Below are positions 1 to 10,522 of a DNA stretch of 64,000 nucleotides, in pieces; positions within the stretch are counted from its first letter, which is position 1; each line of letters begins with the position of its first letter. Below the pieces are notes generated by a model. The model was not told the origin of the DNA and ran no database searches. It saw only the letters and a program-made list of their open reading frames with translations. The position numbers and the translations under genes were made by a program. The stretch comes from an uncultured Gemmatimonadales bacterium (lineage in GTDB: Bacteria > Gemmatimonadota > Gemmatimonadetes > Gemmatimonadales > Gemmatimonadaceae): contig CAWKNZ010000008.1 of assembly GCA_963851265.1 (NCBI GenBank), positions 1-64,000 on the forward strand. Reading direction: 5' to 3'.

Positions 1-127
1 GGTAGCGCGGTGCTGCGGGGCCAGTGCGCGCGACCATGGGGCTGCGGATCCGGGTTCCAGGGCTGCGGTGCGGGGGAGTGCGACGGACCGGCGTCAGTCC
101 CTCGGCCCGATCCGTCTACTATAGTGT

Positions 128-185
128 TTTACCTGGTAAATGCCAACCGCGCCGATCGCTACGGCTGATAATCGGCCTTATCGGC
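128..185. promoter_or_regulatory. AT-rich island with two inverted repeats, candidate regulator sites
   Basis: TTTACC-T-GGTAAA at 128-140 (perfect); GCTGATAA-N6-TTATCGGC at 164-185 (imperfect, LysR-like). Confidence 0.35.
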
Positions 186-467
186 CGGACAGCGTGCGTG
201 GCGCGAGTTGCTGCCCGGGTCGAGTTCTCAACTGCCCACGCGCGGCCAATCAGGAACGCCACGCTAACCCCGGGCGGCAGGCCGTCCGGACGGCCGCGAG
301 CGTGAACCGCCATAACTGTACCGGCGGTTCCTCCCGCTGAGAGCAGCTGAGTTTGCGCGGCGACGGCGGCGGGCGCCCCGCTGTCCTCCTGGCGCTCCGC
401 CGCCTGGAGCCGCACTATGGATCCGCCCGGCGCACGCGGTGCCCCTGGCACTCCCAAGGCAGCGTTC

Positions 468-982
468 ATGTCACTGTCACCGCGCTACCCCGCACTCGTC
501 GGCCTCGCGTTCGCCGCGGGCCTCGCCCGGACCGTGACGGCGCAACGCGCCGCCGCGGACCCCGTGATCGCCCAGGCGCAGGGAGGAGTCGAGGGTTCAA
601 TCGCGCGCTTGATGATGCGACGCGGCGCATGGACAACGCCGCCGTCAGCGCGCTCTGGGAACACGACGGCGTGAGCCTCCTACCTGGGACCACGCCCCTC
701 GTGGGCAAGCCCGCGATCCGCGCATTCCTCGAGGCCGTCACCGCGGGGTACCCTGGCGCACGCATGCAGACGTTCACTTTCACGTGCTCCGGTCTCGATG
801 TCGCCGGCGCGGGGGCGTCGGAGTGGTGCACGGAGCACCAAGTGGTACGGCTGGCCGGCGGGAAGCAGTTCGACGGCCGCGGCCACATGCTGCTGGTTCT
901 GCACCGCGGGGCGGACGGGCGGTGGCGCCTCCGTCGCGAGATGTGGAACCAAGCGCCCGCGCCGGACGCCACCGCGCGTTGA
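468..982 (+). pseudogene. SnoaL/NTF2-like (DUF4440) secreted protein, frameshifted
   Basis: Signal peptide MSLSPRYPALVGLAFAAGLA in the 417 frame; NTF2 body (FNRALDDA...GKPAIRAFL...DGRWRLRREMWN) in the 353 frame. One extra G at the run 593-595 joins them as VEGFNR. Confidence 0.7.
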
Positions 983-1530
983 CGCCGCGGCGCGACGGCC
1001 GGCGAGGTTACGCGCGGGGTGACGACGGGCCAGCTGCGAACACGCGGTGATCACGGTGTTCCCCGAGGTGCCCGCGCGCGCACCGGAGCGCGTCAGCGGC
1101 AGTCACCGATACATCGCGACACGACGTCGTGACGGCGGTGCAGGAGGCCGCCACGGTCGCGATCCCCGTCATCGTGGCCGACGGTCAGCGCGCCGAGACG
1201 ACGAGCGCGCGCGGGAGGGGGGCGACTGCGGGCTGACGCGTGCGGTCGGGTGCGGCATCCTGTTAGGCGTCAGGCCGGCGTTCGGCAAAGGGCGACGTCT
1301 GCGACGGTTGCCGCGGACGTCGGCGTTTCGATGTCCCTATCGACGTCTCGGTCGAGCAGCGGCACAAGCGGCCGGTGGGCCGCCGGTCGCGGCGGACTCG
1401 GTCGGCCCCTATTCGCGCGACGCGGTGGCCTGGTGGATCCCCCGGCTGCGCCGCACGGTGCCATACCCGAGCGTTGGGGGGACAGCTCGATGCTCGCGGG
1501 GCAGGCGTCACGGCGGGCGCACCGCCCGCC

Positions 1531-1803
1531 CTACGCGAGAAAACCGGCCAACAACCGCGCGCGCCGCGAAGCGAAGGCGCCCCGGGCCTTCTCCTTGACG
1601 TGCCACACCCGCTCGCGCGTCACGCCCAAGAGCACGCCGATGTCCTCGAGTGTGATCGGCTCGCCACCGTGCCCCTGCTGCAGCGCGTTGGCCCGGCGCG
1701 CGATCCGGTGCAGCGCGCCGGCGCGGTTGAGGGGGAGGCGCACGATGCGGCCCTGGTCGGCGAGGGCCTGCCGGATCGCCTGCCGGATCCACTACACGGC
1801 GTA
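1531..1803 (-). pseudogene. RpoD/RpoS-family sigma-70 remnant
   Basis: Reads YAV*WIRQAIRQALADQGRIVRLPLNR (region 2.4, TAG at 1792-1794 in place of W), joined directly to region 4.2 TLEDIGVLLGVTRERV. Confidence 0.8.
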
Positions 1804-1808
1804 GTCGC

Positions 1809-2039
1809 GACTGGATCGGTGGTGGAGGCCGGCTGATCCGGATCGCGGTCGAGTATCGGGACGACGCCCGCCCGGGCAACGCTGTGTGGATTGAGGAACT
1901 CGCCCGCAAGTACCGCAACACCCCCGTGGGGCAGGTGATTGTGGCGGTGCGGGCGGGCTTCACGCCGGCGGCTCGCCTGCCCGCTGCATCGTCCGCGGTG
2001 CGCACGCTGACGTGGGCACAGGCGATTCGGAACGATTGA
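1809..2039 (+). pseudogene. Mrr-like (PD-(D/E)xK) restriction endonuclease fragment
   Basis: Frame with no upstream start, absent from the ORF track: IRIAVEYRDDARPGNAVWIEELARKYRNTPVGQVIVAVRAGFTPAARL...VRTLTWAQAIRND*. Resembles the Mrr_cat C-terminal half (AVECxD...GFT..A). Confidence 0.55.
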
Positions 2040-2734
2040 CTGCGAGCCGTCCATCGCGCGGCAGGCACGATCGGCGCCGTGCCCACGGCGCGCCCGCATG
2101 CCGGGCCTGACCCGTGACACCGCGTGGCTTCGGGCCGGGCCGCGTCGCACGTCGACGCTCGGCTGGGTGCGCGAAGCCAACCTCGGGCTCGACGACGCTG
2201 TCGCGCGGCGCAAGGCGCCCGGTATGTCGGTGGGGAGTGCGGTCGCGCGTGGCCGAACACCAGTCGCCTAACGTCGGTCGCCGCCGGGAGGCAGCGCCGC
2301 AAGCGCGAACCGGTTTGGCGACTCCGTGCGCGACGTCACACCCCTCGCTATTGACCGTACCCCGCCGCGGTGGCGACGATTTCGGCGTCTCTGCCGACAT
2401 TGGGGGTGACCGTAGATCGTTGCGGCTCGCCGCCACGTAGCGCCGCTGCGGTGCGGGTGCGGTCGGCGGGGCGCGGGGGCGCCGCCAGCACGCGGCCCGC
2501 GCTCGCCCGCCCGATTCCGACTCGGCGTGCGACGACGGCGGAGCCGAGCCGCTCCTCGTCACACAGCCGGCGGACGGGGAATAGTCGTCGCCGTCGCTCC
2601 GTCTCCTCGTGGGCGCGCACCGGTCGATGCTGAGCCGGCGCCGGACGTCATCGTGCGGCTGATGCGACGCCCAGGGGCCTGGCGCCGCCCCCGCACCGTC
2701 CGGCTCGTGCGCGTGCACAACGCCCGAGGTGCCC

Positions 2735-4249
2735 ATGCGCAGATCCCGTGCAGCTCGCGTCATTCGCGTCGCGCTCGTTCCCGCCCTTCTCGCGGCCGCG
2801 TGCGCCGACCGCGGCTCGGCGCCCGCGCCGACCGCGCCCCAATTCGACCGGGGCGGTAGCGACCGCGGGAGCGACGACGCCGCACCCGCCGCGCTCGTGG
2901 GCCCGAGCCCGATGGGCGCGCCGGAGCCGGTCGGCGTCAAGGTCATCGCGTCCGGGCTGACCTCGCCGCTGCACTTGGTGCAGCCCGAGGGCGTCGAGCG
3001 CTACCGCTTCATCGTCGACCAGATCGGCCTCGTCCGCGTGCTCGACGCGCGGAACGGCTTACAGCCCGAGGCCTTCCTCGACCTCCGCAACAAGCTCCCG
3101 GTGCTCAACACCCGTTACGACGAGCGCGGCCTGCTCGGGCTGGCCTTCCACTCCGACTTCGTGCACAACGGCCGGTTCTTCGTCTTCTACAACGCGCCGC
3201 CACGCGCCGGCGCTCCGGCCGGCTACAACAACACGGTCACCGTGAGCGAGTTCCGCGTCGCGGGTGACCCGCGCCGGCTCGGCGCGGACGGGCCGGTGCT
3301 CGCGGATGCGAACTCCGAGCGCGTGGTCCTGCAGGTCGACCACCCGCAAGCCAACCACAACGGCGGCGGGCTCGCGTTCGGCCCGGATGGTGACCTCTAC
3401 ATCGCCATCGGCGACGGCGGCAACGCCAACGACGTCGGACTCGGCCACGTGGACGACTGGTATGCAACGAACGCGGGCGGGAACGGGCAGGACATCACGC
3501 AGAACCTGCTCGGCAACATCCTGCGGCTCGACGTTGATCACGGCGCGCCCTACACGATTCCGCGCGACAACCCGTTCGTCGGCAAGCCCGGGCTCGACGA
3601 GATCTACGCGTACGGGTTCCGGAACCCGTATACCATGTCATTCGACATGCGAGGCAGCCATGCGCTCCTCGCGATGGACGCCGGGCAGAACCTCTGGGAG
3701 GAGGTGAACCAGGTCGTGCGAGGGGGCAACTACGGCTGGAACGTCAAGGAAGGCACGCACTGCTTCTCGACGGCCAATCCGAACGTCTCGCTCGCGAGCT
3801 GCCCCACCGTCGACCCGACCACCGGCGCACCGTTGCGCGACCCCGTGATCGAGTTCGCGAACAGCGCAAACCCGATCGGGGGTCTGGCCATCACCGTCAT
3901 CGGCGGGCATCTCTATCGCGGTCGCGACGTGCACGGACTTGAGGGACGCTACGTCTTCGGTGGGTTCTCGTCCTCGTTCACGAGCACCGATGGGCGGCTC
4001 TTCGTGGCGACGCCGCAGCACGCCGGCCTGTGGCCGATGCACGAGTTGCTCATCGACGGCACACGGCGGCTCGGCTACGCGATCAAGGGCTTCGGGCAGG
4101 ACCGCAGCGGCGAGGTCTACGTACTCGGCACGCTCGCGATCGGACCCACGGGAACGACGGGCACGGTCTTCCGACTCGTCGCCGCGCCTGGGGGGCCGAA
4201 CGATGCCGCCGGCGCGGACGATGGAACGGACCATGGCGGCGACCGATGA
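2735..4249 (+). CDS. PQQ-dependent sugar dehydrogenase (GSDH/sorbosone family) lipoprotein
   Basis: ERGLLGLAFH, NHNGGGLAFGPDGDLYIAIGDGG, YGFRNPY, GGNYGW; lipobox LAAAC. Confidence 0.9.
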   Translation: MRRSRAARVIRVALVPALLAAACADRGSAPAPTAPQFDRGGSDRGSDDAAPAALVGPSPMGAPEPVGVKVIASGLTSPLHLVQPEGVERYRFIVDQIGLVRVLDARNGLQPEAFLDLRNKLPVLNTRYDERGLLGLAFHSDFVHNGRFFVFYNAPPRAGAPAGYNNTVTVSEFRVAGDPRRLGADGPVLADANSERVVLQVDHPQANHNGGGLAFGPDGDLYIAIGDGGNANDVGLGHVDDWYATNAGGNGQDITQNLLGNILRLDVDHGAPYTIPRDNPFVGKPGLDEIYAYGFRNPYTMSFDMRGSHALLAMDAGQNLWEEVNQVVRGGNYGWNVKEGTHCFSTANPNVSLASCPTVDPTTGAPLRDPVIEFANSANPIGGLAITVIGGHLYRGRDVHGLEGRYVFGGFSSSFTSTDGRLFVATPQHAGLWPMHELLIDGTRRLGYAIKGFGQDRSGEVYVLGTLAIGPTGTTGTVFRLVAAPGGPNDAAGADDGTDHGGDR

Positions 4250-4281
4250 TGGCGTGCGAGGCGTGATTCGACGATAGTCGG

Positions 4282-4323
4282 CGTTCACAGCGGGTCCAGC
4301 CAGCGCCGGACCCGCTGCGAACG
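4282..4323. terminator. 16-bp stem hairpin between convergent genes
   Basis: CGTTCACAGCGGGTCC / GGACCCGCTGCGAACG, one mismatch, 10-nt loop. Confidence 0.55.
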
Positions 4324-4580
4324 GTCGATCTGCGGGCGCGAACGGAACGAGCACGCGCTCCCCGTGCCGCTGCCGCAGGCCCGTGCGCCTGATCCGATCC
4401 GACTTCGTGTCGCGCGACCCGCAGTTCGTGCCAGCTCGCCACAGCTCGTGCCACGTGAGGGTCCGCCGGGCACGCGACGATCCTATCCTCAGATCGTGAG
4501 CTCGATGGGTCGCCTGGATCAGGGTCGTCCCGCACTCGTCCACGACGGGGTCCGACTTGTCGTAACGCACGCGGACCGGG

Positions 4581-5084
4581 TCAGGGTGACTGCGGCAGCG
4601 GCGACCCGCGGTGGCAGGTCACGCACGCGACCGCCACGGTCGGGCGGTGCCGCCGCGGAAGCGACGCGAGCACGACGTGGTTGAGGCTGCCGGCCGTCCG
4701 GATCATGAACCGCGCGGTCGCCTTCGTCGGCTTGTCGTCGAGCGCGGGGCGCAGCCGCTCGCGCGGCGCGCCGCCGGGCCCACCACCGGGAGCCCCCAGC
4801 GCCCCACCGGGCGCGGGCTCCGCGACGTGACAGTACTGGCAGTTGACCCCGAGCGCGACCGTGAAGCCGCGCATCGCCGTGAGCAGCGAGTCGCGCGACA
4901 CGTTCTTCGGGAAGACCTTCAGATTCTCGAACCGCGGCGGCGCGCTCGGCTGGGCGCCCGTGGGGGGACCTCCCGCCGGGGGACCGCCGGCCGGCGGTTG
5001 CGCGCGCGCAGCGGACACGGCGAGGCCAGCCGCCGCGACGAGCGCGGGCGCGACGGCGGACGGGCGGAACCGGGCAGCGGACAT
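4581..5084 (-). CDS. Exported diheme c-type cytochrome (CytoC_RC-like), possibly C-terminally truncated
   Basis: Signal peptide; FENLKVFP; M...LGVNCQYCH; TARFMIR; VACVTCHRG. Confidence 0.75.
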   Translation of the reverse strand: MSAARFRPSAVAPALVAAAGLAVSAARAQPPAGGPPAGGPPTGAQPSAPPRFENLKVFPKNVSRDSLLTAMRGFTVALGVNCQYCHVAEPAPGGALGAPGGGPGGAPRERLRPALDDKPTKATARFMIRTAGSLNHVVLASLPRRHRPTVAVACVTCHRGSPLPQSP

Positions 5085-5228
5085 GCACGCATTCCCGCGC
5101 TGAAGGCCGACCCAGTCGAGCTTTCGGCCACCAAGGTGCGGAACGGGCCGAGATTCGGCAACCGTGCGCCAGCGCAGTGCACGAGCGACTCCTGCACGCG
5201 ACTCGGCCGGCCCGCCGGTCCTAGCGGA

Positions 5229-5663
5229 CTACTCCGCGCCCCGGTTCGGCCGCGGGAGCGCGGTCGGCGGTACGAGGCTGTTGAGCCGCATGTAATTCGC
5301 GATCTGGCTGTAATGGTCGGCCATGTCGAGCGCGTGGCCGAGGACCATGCTCGCGCGGCTCACGCTGCGTGTCTGGCCGCCGAACGTCAGCGACACCTGA
5401 TCGGCGAGGTGGGCGTCGTCGAGCTGGGCGAACGCCGTCTCGCAGAACGCGAAGGACGCCTTGAGCTTGGTGACGAGGCTGTCCTTGGGCCACCGCGCCT
5501 TGACCGAGTCCGGGGTCGCCGTGTCCTGGCCGGGGACCTTCGCCTTCGCGTCGCCGAACGCGTTGCAGAACAGGTAGTTGTCGCTCGCGAGGTGTTGCGC
5601 GATGTAGCCGACCGTGAGCTGCGCGGGCGTCGGGCGGTAGCCGAACCTGGCCTCGGGGATCGA
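5229..5663 (-). pseudogene. DinB-family protein, 5'-truncated
   Basis: SIPEARFGYRPTPAQLTVGYIAQHLASDN...LKASFAFCETAF...DHYSQIANYMRLNSLVPP*. No upstream start codon; absent from the ORF track. Confidence 0.8.
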
Positions 5664-5664
5664 T

Positions 5665-5684
5665 ATGCTCGGAGATGCTCGGAG
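5665..5684. repeat. 10-bp tandem duplication ATGCTCGGAG x2
   Basis: Read directly; lies at the DinB truncation point. Confidence 0.85.
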
Positions 5685-6155
5685 TGCGTGGGCATGCTGA
5701 CCGGCGCACGATCGTCCACGCTGAACTTCGACGATTTCACGATCCGCTCCTTGGTGAATGGCGGACCCGAAACCTACCGGCTCTCTACTTCTGACCTGGC
5801 CGCGTTTCCCGGGGAGACGTCACTCGCTCACGAACTCAGTTACGCGGTAAAAGCGCTCGGTCGATCGGCCGCGGCGGATAATTGCGTATCAGCCTTTTCG
5901 GCCGATCCGCTGCGCTGCGACACAGCGCGCGTCGGCCCGAAGCATCTCGCCCGGTCGCGCGCGCGCCGCGTCATCCCGCACAGGCCCGTGCCGCATCGGG
6001 GGCGAGATCTCGCGCACGCCGTCGTACGTCGCTCCCAAACCCTGCTATCCGTGGCCGACGCGCACGCCGACGTCGACGCGACGTCGGCGCAGCTGCCCGG
6101 CGCCGATCGACCGCGCCACCGGCCGGTCGGCGCGGGCCTGGCACGGCACGAGACC

Positions 6156-9100
6156 CTAGACCTCGAGGTGATCCCCGTCGCGGGCCACCAACTGATAGAG
6201 CACCGGCATCAGGAACACGCTGAGGAGCAACCGCGAGAACAGCCCACCGACGATCACCAACGCGAACGGGCGCTGCGTGTCCGATCCGACACCGTGCGAC
6301 AGCGCCGCGGGGAGCAGCCCGAACGCGGCGACGAGCGCGGTCATCATGATCGGCCGCAGCCGCAGCAACGCCGCCTCGCGCGTCGCCTCGGCGATGCCGA
6401 ACCCGTCGAGCCGGAGCTCGTTCGCGTACGAGATGTAGACCACCGCCGTCTGTACGGAGACGCCGAAGAGCGCGAGAAACCCGATCATCGACGACACCGA
6501 CAGCGCCGTGCCCGTAAGCGCCAGCGCGACGAGGCCGCCCAACGGGGCGGAGAGGATGACGCCGGCGACCGTGATCAGTGGGAACTTGAAGTTGTGGTAG
6601 AGCGCGAACAGGATCGCGAGGATGAGTACCACCGTGGTCGGCACCACCACGCCCATCTGCGCGCGCGACTCCGTGTACTGCTCGAACTCCCCACCCCAGC
6701 GCGTCGTGTACCCCGCGGGGAGTGGCACCTGGCGCGCCACCGCCGCCCGCGCGTCTGCGACAGTGCTCGCGAGGTCGCGCCCCTCGACCGAGTACTGCAC
6801 CCCGATGTAGCGCGAGTTGTCCTGCCGGTAGATGAACGCCGCTCCGCTCGCGACCGCGATGTTCGCGACCTCGTGCAGCGGGATCTGCTGCCCGCCGGGC
6901 GTGGCGAGCAGGATGTTGCCGATTTGCTCGGGGTCGGCGCGATACTGCGGCAACAGGCGCACGACGAGGTCGAAGGTCCGCTCCCCTTGCACGACCTGCG
7001 TCGCCGCCGAACCGCCGACCGCGGCCTCGACGAGGCCGTTGACGGCGGCGACCGTCAGGCCGTACCGCGCCATCTTTGCACGGTCCGCGGTGATCGTGAG
7101 GCTCGGCTGCCCCAGCTCCTGCACGAGGGTCACGTGGCTGATCCCGGGCACCTTTTCGATGACGGCCTTGATCGCGCGCCCGCGGCTCTCGAGCAGGCTC
7201 AGGTCGGTCCCGAACACCTTGACGTCGAGCGACGCCTTGAGCCCGGTCAGCGCCTCGTCCACCGCGTCCTCGGCCGGCTGCGTGTAGTTGAAGGTGATCC
7301 CCGGGTAGCTCGACAGCTTCTGCTGGATCGCGGCGATCAGCGCGTCCTTCGACCGATACGCGCCATGCCACGTGTCGTAGGGCTTGAGGCCGACGTAGAA
7401 CTCCGCGTTGAAGAACCCCGTCGGGTCCGTGCCCGCGTCGTCGCGGCCGTGCTCGGAGGCGACGACCGTCACCTCGGGGAAGCTCTGCAGCACGCGGCGG
7501 ATCTCGGGGACGACCCGCGACGACTCCTCGAACGAGATCGTGTACGGCATCGTCGCCCGCACCCACAGCGCGCCCTCGTCGAGCTTGGGCATGAACTCAC
7601 CCCCGAGCGTGGCGGCGAGGGCGAGCGAGAGGGCGAAGAGGGCGACCGAGCCGATGACGGTCGCGCGGGCGTGCGCGAGACACCACGCGAGGCCCCCCGC
7701 GTACCGATCGCGGAGCCACTCGAACGCATGATTGCGGCGCTCCTTCACGCCGCGCCGGAGCCCCCACACGCAGAGCACGGGCACCGCCGTCAGCGTCAAC
7801 GCCAGCGCGCCCAACAACGCGTAGATCGTCGTGTCCGCCATCGGCCGGAACAGCTTGCCCGACGGTCCCGCGAGCGCGTAGATCGGCAGGAACGCGGCGA
7901 CGATCACCGCGACCGCGTAGACGATCGGACGGCTCACGTCCGCCGCGGCGGCGACCACGACGTCCCGCACGCGGTATTCCGTGCCGCGCCGTGCAGCGAG
8001 CTGTCGGTAGACGTTCTCGACCATCACGACCGCGCCGTCGACGAGAATGCCGAAGTCGATCGCGCCGATCGACAGCAGGTTCGCCGGGATGTTGCGCAGG
8101 TCGAGGCAGATGAACGCGATGAGCAGCGAGAGTGGGATCGTCGCGGCGACGATGAGCCCCGAGCGCACGTCGTAGAGGAAGAAGATCAGCACGACGACGA
8201 CGAGCACGATCCCGCGCGCGAGATTGTCGCCCACCGTGCGCGTCGTCAGCTGCACGAGGTCGCTGCGGTCGTAGAACGGCACGACCTTCACGTCCTGGGG
8301 CAGCACGTGGTCGTTGAGCCGCTTCGTCTCGGCCTCGACCCGTTTGAGGACGACCTGCGCCTGCTCGCCGGTGCGCATGAGGATCACGCCTTCGACCGCG
8401 TCGTTCCGGCCGTTGTAGCCGAACTGTCCGAGCCGCGGCGCGTGCCCGATCACGACGTTCCCGACGTCCTTGACGAGCACCGGGGTGCCGTCGCGCACGG
8501 CGAGCACGATGTTGCCGATGTCCTCGGGCGTCGAGACCAGCCCGAGGCCGCGCACGTAGTAGAACTGCCCGCCCTGCGCGTAGAAGCCGCCGCCCGAGTT
8601 GGTGTTGTTGGCGCCGAGCGCGGTGGTCACGTCGCTGACGCCGAGGCCGGCCGCGGCGAGTCTGGTCGGGTCGACGAGCACCTGGTACTGCATCGTCTCG
8701 CCGCCGAGCGAGGCGACGTCGGCGACGCCGGGCACGGCGCGATACGCCTTGTCCAGCACCCAGTCCTGCAGCACGTGCAGCTCCATTGCCGACCGGTCGG
8801 GGCTCTGCACGACATACCGGTAGACGAGGCCCGACGGCGACGTGGGTGGCGTGATGCTCGCGCTCACGCCGTCCGGCAGCGTGGCGTCGCGCAGGCGCTC
8901 GATCACCTGCTGGCGCGCGAAATACAGGTCGGTCGCATCCGCGAACGTGACGCGCACGTTCGAGAGCCCGTAGAGCGAGATCGACCGCATCACGACGAGC
9001 TGCGGCAGCCCGTTGAGCTGCGTCTCGAGCGGGACCGTGATGAGGCGCTCGACCTCCTCGGCGGCGTGCCCGGGCCACTGCGTCGTGAGCTCGACCATCG

Positions 9101-9341
9101 GCGACGACACGTCCGGGTACGCGTCGACCGGAAGTCGCGACAGCGACAGCAGTCCGATGCCGACGATCGCGAACATCAGCAGGGCGACCAGGAGCGGCTG
9201 CGCGATGGCGGCGCCGACGAGGCGCTGGATCGGACCGCGGCGGCGGTCGCCGCCCGTCACCGGCGCGCGCGCCGCTGCGGGCCCCGGCGGCGGTGGTGGC
9301 GGTGCCGCGGACTCCGTCGGGGGCGGAAGCGTCGTGCTCAT
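6156..9341 (-). CDS. czcA: CzcA/CusA-family heavy-metal RND efflux permease
   Basis: LPVDAYPDVS, EEVERLITVPLE, TM4 DFGILVDGAVVMVEN, RLRPIMMTAL; ATG at 9341 overlaps the upstream stop (ATGA). Confidence 0.93.
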   Translation of the reverse strand: MSTTLPPPTESAAPPPPPPGPAAARAPVTGGDRRRGPIQRLVGAAIAQPLLVALLMFAIVGIGLLSLSRLPVDAYPDVSSPMVELTTQWPGHAAEEVERLITVPLETQLNGLPQLVVMRSISLYGLSNVRVTFADATDLYFARQQVIERLRDATLPDGVSASITPPTSPSGLVYRYVVQSPDRSAMELHVLQDWVLDKAYRAVPGVADVASLGGETMQYQVLVDPTRLAAAGLGVSDVTTALGANNTNSGGGFYAQGGQFYYVRGLGLVSTPEDIGNIVLAVRDGTPVLVKDVGNVVIGHAPRLGQFGYNGRNDAVEGVILMRTGEQAQVVLKRVEAETKRLNDHVLPQDVKVVPFYDRSDLVQLTTRTVGDNLARGIVLVVVVLIFFLYDVRSGLIVAATIPLSLLIAFICLDLRNIPANLLSIGAIDFGILVDGAVVMVENVYRQLAARRGTEYRVRDVVVAAAADVSRPIVYAVAVIVAAFLPIYALAGPSGKLFRPMADTTIYALLGALALTLTAVPVLCVWGLRRGVKERRNHAFEWLRDRYAGGLAWCLAHARATVIGSVALFALSLALAATLGGEFMPKLDEGALWVRATMPYTISFEESSRVVPEIRRVLQSFPEVTVVASEHGRDDAGTDPTGFFNAEFYVGLKPYDTWHGAYRSKDALIAAIQQKLSSYPGITFNYTQPAEDAVDEALTGLKASLDVKVFGTDLSLLESRGRAIKAVIEKVPGISHVTLVQELGQPSLTITADRAKMARYGLTVAAVNGLVEAAVGGSAATQVVQGERTFDLVVRLLPQYRADPEQIGNILLATPGGQQIPLHEVANIAVASGAAFIYRQDNSRYIGVQYSVEGRDLASTVADARAAVARQVPLPAGYTTRWGGEFEQYTESRAQMGVVVPTTVVLILAILFALYHNFKFPLITVAGVILSAPLGGLVALALTGTALSVSSMIGFLALFGVSVQTAVVYISYANELRLDGFGIAEATREAALLRLRPIMMTALVAAFGLLPAALSHGVGSDTQRPFALVIVGGLFSRLLLSVFLMPVLYQLVARDGDHLEV

Positions 9342-10522
9342 TGCGTCTCCGCGAACTGGAGGAAGAGCGCGCCCTCGGCGACGACCTGGTCGCCGGCCGC
9401 GAGCCCCGCTCGCAGCGCGTACTGGTCGCCGACCTGCTGGCCTAACGTGACCTGCCGTCGGCCGAACGAGCCGTCCGGCGCCGCCACGAACACGAACGGT
9501 AGGTTCTGCTCGTCGCGCAGCACGGCGGACACGGGGACGAGGATGTCGGTCCGCTCCCGCGCGGCGTGGATGCCGACGCGCACGAACATCCCGCGCCGCA
9601 GCACGAGCCCGCGGTTCGGCACCAGTAGACGGACGCTGACGGCGTTGCTCGCCGAGTCCACGAGCGACGCGATGTACGACACGCGCCCCGTGAGTGGGGT
9701 CGGCGCGGCGTCCGTGATCACGTCGGCCGCCTCGCCCACCGTCACGTCGCGCAGCGCGTCGGGGAACACGCTGGCCAGCACCCACACGCTCGAGAGGTCG
9801 GCGACGGTGAACGCCTGCGTGGTCCCGGCCGTGAGCAGTTGCCCCGGGCTGATGAGACGCTCGACCACGGTACCAGCGATCGGCGCGCGGATGGTCGCGA
9901 CGAGCGGCGGCGTGCCGCGGTTGTTCTCGATCGCCGAGATCTCCGCCGAACTCACGCCGAGCGCGCGCATCTGTTGGATGGCCGCGTCGCGGTCCGCGGC
10001 GGCGCCCGCGGCGTCCGTCTGCGCCTGCTCCAGGTCACGCCGGGCGAGCGCGTCGTTCTTGAAAAGCTGCGCGTCGAGCGTCGCGATGCGCGAGAGGTTG
10101 CCGTACGCGCTCTGCGCTTTGCGGAACTGGGCGACGGCGGTCGCGAAATCCGGCGACGACACCGTCGCGAGCGGGTCGCCGCGGTTCACCATCGCGCCGG
10201 GATCGACGAAGATGCGGAGCGCCGGGCCCGAGACGTCCGACAGCACGGGAGTCGAGCGGTCGCCGTTGAAGGCGACCGTTCCGGTGGTCTGCACGACGGG
10301 CTGGTAGCGCGTCGGCTGCACGGAGACGATGTGCAGGCGCGCGCGCTGCGCAGGCGTGACGGCGAAGCCCGCAGCCCGGGAGCGGGCCGGGGACGACGCG
10401 GGCGGTGACGCGGACGTGGCACTGCGGTCGGTGCCGCCGCACGCGACGGCGCTGCACGCGACGACGCCGAGCAGCGAACCTGCGGCCGCGCGCGCCGCGC
10501 GCTGATTACAACGGGTCATCAC
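9338..10522 (-). CDS. czcB: RND periplasmic adaptor (CzcB-like)
   Basis: IRAPIAGTVVER, ADLSSVWV, LRRGMFV, GLAAGDQVVAEGA; lipoprotein signal. Confidence 0.9.
   Translation of the reverse strand: MMTRCNQRAARAAAGSLLGVVACSAVACGGTDRSATSASPPASSPARSRAAGFAVTPAQRARLHIVSVQPTRYQPVVQTTGTVAFNGDRSTPVLSDVSGPALRIFVDPGAMVNRGDPLATVSSPDFATAVAQFRKAQSAYGNLSRIATLDAQLFKNDALARRDLEQAQTDAAGAAADRDAAIQQMRALGVSSAEISAIENNRGTPPLVATIRAPIAGTVVERLISPGQLLTAGTTQAFTVADLSSVWVLASVFPDALRDVTVGEAADVITDAAPTPLTGRVSYIASLVDSASNAVSVRLLVPNRGLVLRRGMFVRVGIHAARERTDILVPVSAVLRDEQNLPFVFVAAPDGSFGRRQVTLGQQVGDQYALRAGLAAGDQVVAEGALFLQFAETQ

Noticed and set aside
4581..5084. Photosynthesis gene (pufC)
   Set aside because: Only two hemes and no puf, bch or crt genes nearby.
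4611..10307. 1898-aa plus-strand ORF
   Set aside because: Antisense shadow of czcA/czcB and neighbours; Arg/Ala-rich with no motifs, as expected at this GC.
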